A stretch of DNA of 64,000 nt from an uncultured Gammaproteobacteria bacterium (GTDB lineage Bacteria; Pseudomonadota; Gammaproteobacteria; UBA9214). Positions 55,070 to 64,000 of the stretch are shown here, one piece after another (the first letter of the stretch is position 1; each line of letters begins with the position of its first letter). The notes under the pieces are model-generated. The model had not been told where the DNA came from. It searched no databases and worked only from the letters and a program-made list of their open reading frames with translations. The stretch covers positions 128,001 to 192,000 of the forward strand of contig CAVYZN010000011.1 of NCBI GenBank assembly GCA_963773065.1, read 5' to 3'. The translations under genes and the position numbers were made by a program.

Positions 55070-55410
55070 GTAATATTATCGAACAGCTTGAACGGGAACA
55101 GATGAAAAAGGATATTCCGGACTTCAGTCCCGGCGATACGGTGGTCGTGCAGGTCAAGGTCACGGAAGGCAACCGCGAGCGCCTGCAGGCCTTTGAAGGG
55201 GTGGTGATCGCCAAGCGCAATCGCGGCCTGAACTCGGCCTTCACGGTGCGCAAGATATCCCATGGCGAGGGCGTGGAGCGTGTCTTTCAGACGCACAGTC
55301 CCGCCATTGCCTCCATCGAGCTCAAGCGCCGCGGCGATGTGCGCCGCGCGAAACTCTACTACCTGCGCGAGCGCTCCGGCAAGTCCGCGCGGATCAAGGA
55401 GCGGCTTTGA
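55066..55410 (+). CDS. rplS: 50S ribosomal protein L19
   Basis: [21 protein letters not shown]. Confidence 0.98.
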   Translation: MSNIIEQLEREQMKKDIPDFSPGDTVVVQVKVTEGNRERLQAFEGVVIAKRNRGLNSAFTVRKISHGEGVERVFQTHSPAIASIELKRRGDVRRAKLYYLRERSGKSARIKERL

Positions 55411-55521
55411 AGCAGACACGGCAGCCCGTCTGCCGTTAAACCGCGGGCATCCTGGATTCAGGGTGCCCGTTTTTCTTTGCGGAGTTCAGACAGCAATCAC
55501 CGCCAGGAGATGACCATTCCC

Positions 55522-57411
55522 ATGAGCGTCGAAACTAACAAGGAAACACTGGAATTCCAGGCCGAGGTCAAGCAACTGCTCAACCTCATGATTCATTCCC
55601 TGTACTCCAACAAGGAAATCTTCCTGCGCGAGCTGATATCCAACGGCTCGGATGCCTGCGACAAGCTGCGTTTCGAGGCCCTGGGCAACGCCAGCCTGTA
55701 CGCCGGCGATACCACCCAGCGCGTGCGCGTCGATTACGACAAGGACGCCAAAACGATCACCATCAGCGACAACGGCATCGGCATGACGCGCGACGAGGTC
55801 GTCGACAACATCGGCACCATCGCCAAGTCCGGCACCCGGCAGTTTTTCGAATCGCTGACCGGCGACCAGGCGAAGGATGCGCAGCTCATCGGCCAGTTCG
55901 GCGTGGGTTTCTACTCCGCCTTCATCGTGGCCGACAAGATCACGCTGACGACACGCCGCGCCGGCCTGTCGCCGGAGCAGGGCGCGCGCTGGATCTCCAG
56001 CGGCGACGGACGCTACACGCTGGAAAGCTGTGAGAAGACCGAGCGGGGTACCGAGGTGGTGCTGCACCTGCGCGAGGGGGAAGACGAGTTCCTCGACGGC
56101 TTCCGGCTGCGCGCCATCATACACAAGTATTCGGAGCATATTCCCTTGCCGATCGAGATGCGCGTCGCGGGCGATGGGAAGAACAAGGACGAGTACGAGG
56201 TCGTCAACAAGGCATCGGCGCTGTGGGCGCGATCCCGCAATGACATCACCGACGAGGAGTACAAGGAGTTCTACAAGCACGTCGCCCACGATTTCGAAGA
56301 CCCGATGAAGTGGGTGCACACCCATGTGGAGGGCACGCAGTCCTACACCTCGCTGCTTTATCTACCGGCTCGGGCGCCGTTCGATCTTTATGACCGCGAC
56401 AGCCGCCACGGCATCAAGCTCTACGTACGGCGGGTATTCATCATGGATGATGCCGAGCAGTTGATGCCGTTCTACCTGCGTTTCGTCCGCGGCCTGGTCG
56501 ACTCGGACGACCTGCCGCTGAATGTCTCGCGCGAGATCCTGCAGCACAACAAGCTGATCGACACGATCCGCACGGCCTCGGTGAAGAAGGTCCTGGGACT
56601 GCTGGAGGAGATGGCGAAGGACGAACCGCAGGACTACGCCGCGTTCTGGAAGCAGTTCGGCAACGTCCTCAAGGAAGGCCCGGGCGAGGATTACGCCAAT
56701 CGCGAGCGCATCGCGAAACTGCTGCGGTTCGCCTCCACGCACTCTGACGGCGCGGAGCAGGGCGTATCGCTCGATGACTACGTCGGGCGCATGAAGGAAG
56801 GCCAGGAGAAGATCTACTACCTCACGGCCGACAGTTTCGCTACCGCCAGAAACAGCCCGCACCTGCAGATCTTCCGCCGCAAGGGCATCGAGGTGCTGCT
56901 GCTCACCGATCGGGTCGATGAGTGGCTGGTCTCGCACCTGAATGAATTCAACGGCAAGCCGCTCGCCTCCGTCGCCAAGGGCGTGCTGGATCTCGACAAG
57001 CTAGCCGACGAGCAGGAGAAGGCGGCCGCCAAGAAGACCGGAGATGAGTACGCCGATTTGGTCAGGCGCATGCAGGAGGCGCTCGGCGAGCGCGTCAAGG
57101 AAGTGCGCGTCAGCCCGCGCCTGACGGATTCACCATCCTGCGTGGTGGCGGATGAACACGACATGGCGGTGCATCTGCAGCGCATGCTCAAGCAGGCGGG
57201 TCACGCCGTTCCCGCGTCCAAACCGATCCTCGAGATCAATCCGGCGCATGCCCTGGTCAGCCGCCTCAAAGGCGAGAGCGACGAGCGACGTTTCGCGGAC
57301 TGGTCCAGTCTGCTGCTGGACCAGGCGCTGCTCAGTGAAGGCGGCCAGTTGGAGGACCCGGTGTCCTTCGTGAACCGGTTGAACGATTTGCTGCAGGAAA
57401 TGACAAAATAG
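55522..57411 (+). CDS. htpG: Chaperone HtpG (Hsp90)
   Basis: [35 protein letters not shown]. Confidence 0.97.
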   Translation: MSVETNKETLEFQAEVKQLLNLMIHSLYSNKEIFLRELISNGSDACDKLRFEALGNASLYAGDTTQRVRVDYDKDAKTITISDNGIGMTRDEVVDNIGTIAKSGTRQFFESLTGDQAKDAQLIGQFGVGFYSAFIVADKITLTTRRAGLSPEQGARWISSGDGRYTLESCEKTERGTEVVLHLREGEDEFLDGFRLRAIIHKYSEHIPLPIEMRVAGDGKNKDEYEVVNKASALWARSRNDITDEEYKEFYKHVAHDFEDPMKWVHTHVEGTQSYTSLLYLPARAPFDLYDRDSRHGIKLYVRRVFIMDDAEQLMPFYLRFVRGLVDSDDLPLNVSREILQHNKLIDTIRTASVKKVLGLLEEMAKDEPQDYAAFWKQFGNVLKEGPGEDYANRERIAKLLRFASTHSDGAEQGVSLDDYVGRMKEGQEKIYYLTADSFATARNSPHLQIFRRKGIEVLLLTDRVDEWLVSHLNEFNGKPLASVAKGVLDLDKLADEQEKAAAKKTGDEYADLVRRMQEALGERVKEVRVSPRLTDSPSCVVADEHDMAVHLQRMLKQAGHAVPASKPILEINPAHALVSRLKGESDERRFADWSSLLLDQALLSEGGQLEDPVSFVNRLNDLLQEMTK

Positions 57412-57455
57412 TCAGGCGCCAGGGTCTGTTATAACCCTTCCCTGAGGAGGTGGTC

Positions 57456-57550
57456 ATGAGGCAGCCGGAAAAGCCCACCCTGCGGCACCGTATTCATGGA
57501 TGCATAGCTGCCCGTTCTGTTACGTGGGTGACGTGCGGCGGGAACGCTGA
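57456..57550 (+). pseudogene. Truncated DsbA/FrnE-family remnant
   Basis: GAGGAGG RBS + ATG; across frames reads ..TVFMD..CPFCYVGDVRRER then stop. Confidence 0.45.
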
Positions 57551-57559
57551 GCGGTAGAC

Positions 57560-58033
57560 ATGAACGCACCAAAGACGCCGTTATTGACCGTGGACGTCAT
57601 CATCGAGATGAGCGACCGGCCCGCGCGGCCCATCGTCCTCATCGAACGCCGTTATCCGCCGCACGGCTGGGCCTTGCCCGGCGGCTTTGTCGATGTCGGT
57701 GAGACGCTGGAGGCGGCGGCGGTGCGCGAAGCGCGCGAGGAGACTGCACTGGAGGTGAAGCTGAAGCTGCTGCTCGGTTGTTATTCCGATCCCGCTCGCG
57801 ATGCGCGCGGCCACACCGCCAGCGCCGTGTATATCGCCGAAGCCCGGGGAGAACCGCGCGCGGGTGACGATGCCGGGCGCCTCGACCTGTTTGATCCCGC
57901 CGGGTGTCCGCCGCTGGCCTTCGACCATGCATTGATCATCGCGGATTACCGCGTCCTACCTCGCAACCGGGCGGTTGGCGCCCCTGCGCTGCTAGCGCGT
58001 AGTTCTCGCTGGCATCCCGGATGCCGGCCATGA
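57560..58033 (+). CDS. NUDIX hydrolase (true stop likely near 57995)
   Basis: Nudix box GGFVDVGETLEAAAVREAREETAL; LAFDH. Confidence 0.92.
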   Translation: MNAPKTPLLTVDVIIEMSDRPARPIVLIERRYPPHGWALPGGFVDVGETLEAAAVREAREETALEVKLKLLLGCYSDPARDARGHTASAVYIAEARGEPRAGDDAGRLDLFDPAGCPPLAFDHALIIADYRVLPRNRAVGAPALLARSSRWHPGCRP

Positions 58034-58123
58034 TTTTCCCGGGCAAAGCCGGTAAGATGCTCCTGCAACGTCACGCGTGATAGCGACGGCAGCGTTTCTT
58101 TATGACGATACGACGAGGTAAGC

Positions 58124-59170
58124 ATGCGGCCTGCGCAGTTGCTGACGGTACTGGAAAGAGAATTCCTGAGTACCCAGGAAGGGCATCACACGCCCGTGAT
58201 GCTGTGGGGGCCGCCGGGTGTCGGCAAGTCGCAGATGGTTGCCCAAATCGGCCAGCGTCACGGCATGCCGGTGATTGACATCCGCCTGTCGCAGATGGAG
58301 CCCAGTGACCTGCGCGGCATTCCGTTTCGCGTCGGCGCGCAGGTGGAATGGGCCGTGCCCGCGATGCTTCCGGATGCGCAACGGCACGGCAAACAGGGCA
58401 TACTTTTCCTGGATGAAATCACCTCCGTGCCGCCCAGCGTCTCGGCCGCGGCCTACCAGTTGATACTCGACCGCCGCCTGGGCGCCTACGTGGTGCCGAA
58501 TGGCTGGGCCATCTTCGCGGCCGGCAACCGCCAGGGGGACCGGGGCGTGACCTATACCATGCCCGCGCCGCTCGCCAACCGTTTTTCCCATTACGAGGTC
58601 GATGTCAATTTGGATGACTGGGTGGCCTGGGCGTATGCCAACCACATCGACGAGCGCCTGATCGCCTTTCTGCGCTTCCGGCCCGATCTGCTGTTTGAAT
58701 TCGACCCGGCGCACAACCCGGTGGCCTTCCCCTCGCCGCGTTCCTGGGAGTTCAGTCACCGCGCGCTGCGGAAATTCGGCGATCTGCCTGGCCTGCTGAC
58801 CGGCGCCCTGCAGGCCTGCGTGGGACCGGCGGCCGGGATCGAACTCTCTGCCTTCGTCGAGAACCTCGACAAGCTGCCGGACATCGACGCCATCGTGCGC
58901 GGCGACATGGTCAAGGTGCCGCGGGAGACCGACCTTCAGTACGCCGTCGCGGCGGCCCTCGTGGGCCGCGCCATCCGCGCGCAACAGGAGAGCAACGCGC
59001 GGGAGATATTCGGGAATATCATCGAATTCGCGGGCAGCTTCCCGCAGCGCGAAATGGGCGTGATGCTGGTGTCCGACATGTACCGCGCCATCGGCCAGGA
59101 TATCTTCGGCGTGCCGCAGTTTTCCCGCTGGGCGAACATCGTGGCGGACGTCATGCTGTACGAGATGTAG
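58124..59170 (+). CDS. AAA+ ATPase (MoxR/AAA_5-like)
   Basis: Walker A GPPGVGKS, DIRLSQMEPSDLRGIP, Walker B LFLDE, PLANRF, SPRSW. Confidence 0.88.
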   Translation: MRPAQLLTVLEREFLSTQEGHHTPVMLWGPPGVGKSQMVAQIGQRHGMPVIDIRLSQMEPSDLRGIPFRVGAQVEWAVPAMLPDAQRHGKQGILFLDEITSVPPSVSAAAYQLILDRRLGAYVVPNGWAIFAAGNRQGDRGVTYTMPAPLANRFSHYEVDVNLDDWVAWAYANHIDERLIAFLRFRPDLLFEFDPAHNPVAFPSPRSWEFSHRALRKFGDLPGLLTGALQACVGPAAGIELSAFVENLDKLPDIDAIVRGDMVKVPRETDLQYAVAAALVGRAIRAQQESNAREIFGNIIEFAGSFPQREMGVMLVSDMYRAIGQDIFGVPQFSRWANIVADVMLYEM

Positions 59171-59266
59171 GTTTTTTCACGAAGCTTCCGCGACGCCGGT
59201 ACATCGACGGCATGGTTATGACGGCCTTACACTTGATCGGAACTGGGAAATGCGGCGAGGCAATTC

Positions 59267-60506
59267 ATGACAGATGAACTGGAAACCAAACTCAGCGCCG
59301 CGCGCACTCGTATGATACTGGACCGGCCGTTCCTGGGCGCGCTCGTCCTGCGCATGCCCATGAAGGCGGCCGACCCGCGCTGGTGCAGGACCATCGGGAC
59401 CGATGCACGCGCCTTTTATTACAACCCCGGCTACATTGCCGGTCTGACACTGGAACAGACTCAATTCGCCCTGGCGCACGAGGCTCTGCATTGCGCATTG
59501 TCGCATTTTGCCCGCCGCGAGCACCGCGTCAAGGCGCGTTGGGACAAGGCCTGCGACCTTGCCATCAACCCGATACTGATCAGGGAAGGCATGACGGCGG
59601 TGCCGGGCGCGCTTTATGACGTCGGGTTCGAGGGGATGATGGCCGAGGAAATCTATCCCTATGTCAAGGAGACCGGACGAGGAAGAGCCGCACGACCAGC
59701 ACCTCTACAGCAATGAGAAGTCCACGCAGGAAAAGTCGGCCAGGGAGCCTGTGGGCGAGACGGGCGAGGGGGGTGACAGGGATCAACCCCCGGCGCAGGA
59801 TGCCGGTTCGAAACCGGAGCCGGTTCAACGCGAGGAGGCAACCGGCAGCCTGCCGCCGGAGCCGCTCGACGCGAGGGAAAAGGAACAGCTTTCCATCCAG
59901 TGGCGACAGCGCCTGGCCGGTGCCGCGCAGCAAGCCATGCAGGCCGGAAAACTGGGCAGTAACCTGCGCCGCTTGGTGGATCACCTGCTGCAACCGCAAT
60001 TGCCCTGGCGCATGTTGCTGGCGCGTTACATCACCGCGGTCAGCCGGGATGATTACAGTTACCTGCGGCCCTCGCGACGCGAGGGCGATGCCATCTTCCC
60101 ACGCTGAGAAGCGCCCATGCCGATATCGTGGTGGCGCTGGATACCAGCGGATCGATCAAAGAAAGCGAGATGCGGGAATTCGTCACCGAGATTGATGCCA
60201 TCAAGGGGCAGGTGCGCGCACGCATCATTTTGCACGCCTGTGATGCGAGGCTGGCCAGCGACGGGCCCTGGTTGTTCGAACCGTGGGAGTCCTTCGAGGT
60301 GCCCAAAACCATCCGCGGCGGTGGCGGTACCCGCTTCACCCCGGTATTCGACTGGCTGCGCCAGCGAGGGGCGCAACCCGGACCTGCTGGTTTACTTTAC
60401 CGATGCTCAAGGCGAATTTCCCAAGCAGGAGCCACCCTTTCCCGTGATCTGGCTGGTCAAGGGACGCGCCGAGGTCCCCTGGGGACAGCGAATCCAGTTG
60501 AACTGA
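59267..60506 (+). CDS. DUF2201-like metallopeptidase + vWA domain protein; frameshifts
   Basis: HEALH (HExxH), ACDLAIN, MIDAS DTSGS, GGGGTRF, YFTD. Confidence 0.82.
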
Positions 60507-60513
60507 AAGGAAT

Positions 60514-61464
<951 letters not shown>

Positions 61465-61486
61465 TTACCTTAAGGATTATCCTCAA

Positions 61487-61510
61487 GAGGCCAGCATTGC
61501 TGGCCTTTTT
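61487..61510 (+). terminator. Rho-independent terminator after adk
   Basis: AGGCCAGC-ATT-GCTGGCCT + T-tract. Confidence 0.75.
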
Positions 61511-61920
61511 ATTAAATGGCTAGCCGTGGTCTGCATAATGCAATATTGACCTTTGGTACGACTACCAACGGCAGCAGATTTGCTGCTAAACTGTCCTGAA
61601 CGTCAAATATGTGACATCATGACCCTGGTGTAAACGGTACTTTATGCTCATTTCCGGTTGGATTTAAATGATTAAGGCACACACATACAGTGGTTCCTTC
61701 TATATGGTAGAGACGACCTGTGTAATGCGGCATAGGCTGCCTAGATAAGTCAATATTAAAATCATAAATATTATGTAATAATATGATTATAAAAATATAA
61801 TAAAAAAGAATGATACCAGGTGCGACATGTGCAGTAACTTCATGTGGCTGGCAGAATTAATAATGATACGGTAGGAAACGGAGCATCCTGCTGCGTGTAC
61901 AGGGACAGGCAGGAGCATTT

Positions 61921-63438
61921 ATGGTTGCGGGTATAGACAAACAGGAAGAAATCGATCCCAGCGGCATTCGCAAGCTGCTGCGGTTGATTAATTCACTGCG
62001 TGACTCACCGGCGGGTAGCGTTATCTACCGCCAGCTCGAGTACATGCTGGATGATATTGCAACCAACCATCTGAAGACGGAAATCGCCTATGCCGGATTC
62101 GTGAATTCGCTGCTCGATGCCTTTGCTGCAAATCTCACCCCCGGTTCATCACGCTATGTCCAGGTCAGGCTGTTGCAGGCGCGGCTGCAGCCGCCGCTTA
62201 CCGCCACCGAGTTGAGCACTCTGAGCAAATTCGTAACTCAGTGTGCGGACGAAATACGGGAAACGCGCGATGCCGGTTCCGCGGCGTTTACCGCGGCCAT
62301 CAGCCCGCTGTTGCATGCTTTCGGTATCGAGGAGCCGGTAATGGCGGTGAGCCAGACACCCGGGGTGGTGGTTGCCCCTGCCGGTATGCCGCAGACCGGT
62401 TCCGAAACGGTGGTCACTGATCAGGAATCACAGCCGGAGGCGGGAGCGGCAGTCTTGACGGATGAGGAGGCTGATCTCTCTCCCGAAGTGATAGACGATG
62501 AAGCCGAAGCCGATGAGGCGTATGAGGTGGAGGACGACGCCTATGCGGCCATCGTTCCCGCCATAGGGAGTGAGAATTATCACCACGAACTGGAAGCCCG
62601 GCGTGAGGATATAAACAAGCTGCAAACCAGCCTGGGGCAGCAGGTGATGGAAACAATCACCCAGAATGAGGAGTTCGGGGTGATCCTCGAGATGGTTATG
62701 GCCGAGTTGCGCCAGACCGAGGAGGTCGCTGGTATCGAAAATACGCGCTGGACGCTGATTCGCGAGATCGAGAAGCTCATGAAAGGGCACAATGAACTGG
62801 CCGACAAACTGGACAGTACCCACCATTACCTGCAACTGGTCGAATCCGACAGCCGCGAGTTGACCGATGAATTGAGCCGGGTACGGATGCTCAGCCTCAC
62901 CGATGAGCTGACCGGTCTCGCGAATCGCCGTGCTTTCATGCGACGCATGGAAGACGAGGTTGCGCGTGTTCAGCGTTACGGCTTCCCCCTGTCTTTTGCA
63001 CTCCTGGACCTCGATCATTTCAAGAGCATCAATGATGAGTATGGCCACGCCGCCGGAGATGAAGTTCTGCGCGTTTATGCCAAGAATATACTTTCGGTGT
63101 TCCGTCACCACGATATGGTGGCCCGCTATGGCGGCGAGGAGTTCGCCGTTTTGTTGCCGAACACGGATGCCGACGGAGCCATTCGCGCGCTGAATAAGGT
63201 CAAGCGGCGCGCTGGTGAAACACGCTGGCAAAGCAACAGCACGATCTCGCAAGTGCCATCGTTTTCCGCCGGCGTATCCCTGTTCAAACCTGGTGAATCG
63301 GCCAGCGCCTTCATCGAGCGGGCCGACAAGGCCCTGTACCGGGCGAAACGGCTGGGGCGTGACCGGATCGAGTTGGACATAACCTACGAAACGGAAGAAA
63401 GCCGCCGATCACCTCGACGCCGCAGTACCGATCTCTGA
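61921..63438 (+). CDS. Diguanylate cyclase (GGEEF) with coiled-coil/acidic N-terminal region
   Basis: TDELTGLANRR, DLDHFKSINDEYGHAAGD, RHHD I-site, RYGGEEF. Confidence 0.92.
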   Translation: MVAGIDKQEEIDPSGIRKLLRLINSLRDSPAGSVIYRQLEYMLDDIATNHLKTEIAYAGFVNSLLDAFAANLTPGSSRYVQVRLLQARLQPPLTATELSTLSKFVTQCADEIRETRDAGSAAFTAAISPLLHAFGIEEPVMAVSQTPGVVVAPAGMPQTGSETVVTDQESQPEAGAAVLTDEEADLSPEVIDDEAEADEAYEVEDDAYAAIVPAIGSENYHHELEARREDINKLQTSLGQQVMETITQNEEFGVILEMVMAELRQTEEVAGIENTRWTLIREIEKLMKGHNELADKLDSTHHYLQLVESDSRELTDELSRVRMLSLTDELTGLANRRAFMRRMEDEVARVQRYGFPLSFALLDLDHFKSINDEYGHAAGDEVLRVYAKNILSVFRHHDMVARYGGEEFAVLLPNTDADGAIRALNKVKRRAGETRWQSNSTISQVPSFSAGVSLFKPGESASAFIERADKALYRAKRLGRDRIELDITYETEESRRSPRRRSTDL

Positions 63439-63514
63439 TGATCCCTGCTTCCGGCTGCACCGTCAGACTGTATAATCGCCTCCCATCATTCATCAGTGAA
63501 GGGATACCGGTTTT

Positions 63515-63880
63515 ATGGCCACGGTCGATGTGACCCGTGACACGCTGGAAAGCGTGATCAACGGGAATGATATAGTGCTGGTCGATTTCTGGGCGGCATG
63601 GTGCGGACCCTGCAGGCAGTTTGCACCCGTTTATGACGCCATGTCGGAACAGCACCCGGATGTGGTATTCGCCAAGGTGAATACCGAGGAGCAGCGCGAG
63701 CTCGCTAATTATTTCCAGATCCGTTCGATTCCCACATTGATGGTCTTCCGGGAGCAGATCATCGTCTATTCACAGCCGGGTGCATTGCCACCGGCGGCAT
63801 TGGCTAATGTCGTGGATAAGGTGCGAGAACTCGACATGAACCAGATCCGCAAGGAGATTGCGGAAGCGGGACAGGGCTGA
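63515..63880 (+). CDS. Thioredoxin
   Basis: VDFWAAWCGPC, IRSIPTL. Confidence 0.93.
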   Translation: MATVDVTRDTLESVINGNDIVLVDFWAAWCGPCRQFAPVYDAMSEQHPDVVFAKVNTEEQRELANYFQIRSIPTLMVFREQIIVYSQPGALPPAALANVVDKVRELDMNQIRKEIAEAGQG

Positions 63881-63886
63881 CCGGCC

Positions 63887-64000
63887 ATGAACGGGGCGAG
63901 ACTGTTCAGCCCGGCTAGACCCAGCGCGGTACGCCCGAACAGGCCTGTTGACGGCCCTGCTGCTGATCTGTTCCATGACGGCGATGGCTGCCGATACCGA
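63887..64000 (+). CDS. Probable 5' end of an exported protein running off the window
   Basis: Signal-like TGLLTALLLICSMTAMA-ADT reading; ATG at 63887 in a different frame. Confidence 0.3.
   Translation, partial: MNGARLFSPARPSAVRPNRPVDGPAADLFHDGDGCRYR

Overview
GC-rich gammaproteobacterial chromosome segment. Gene order (rnr-rlmB, rpsF-rpsR-rplI-dnaB-alr-radA, ypjD/ffh-rpsP-rimM-trmD-rplS, System I ccm genes) points to a Chromatiales/Thiohalobacterales-like organism (inference). Single-base frameshifts also hit essential genes, so this is almost certainly an unpolished long-read assembly, and split ORFs are reconstructed as single genes. 0.2-8.3 kb: hsp20 with a perfect FNR box and a complete ccmABCDEFGHI operon. 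8.4-28.3 kb (main discovery candidate): a PAS-type sigma54 activator followed by three very large secreted cytochromes (9 CxxCH each, 27 total) with N-terminal Ig/PKD/Big-like domains. Two of them are paralogues, each followed by its own parvulin foldase; a TlpA, a secreted rhodanese and a RAYT transposase also lie in the cluster. Each cytochrome gene, and a divergent candidate ~200-nt sRNA, has the same cis architecture: tandem TGACA-N4-TGWCA enhancers, an IHF-like site and a -24/-12 promoter. 28.3-37.9 kb: accessory genes including a TPR/FG-GAP/ASPIC-UnbV + CRTAC1 + RnfD/UnbU-like operon and an MFS next to tRNA-Leu(CAG). 38-64 kb: mostly housekeeping, plus a candidate CrcZ-like sRNA between ffh and rpsP, an AAA+/vWA-metallopeptidase pair, FHA/PilZ, GGDEF and thioredoxin. 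Several MITE/REP families are scattered through the window. All family assignments are from motif recognition by eye; no database searches were run.
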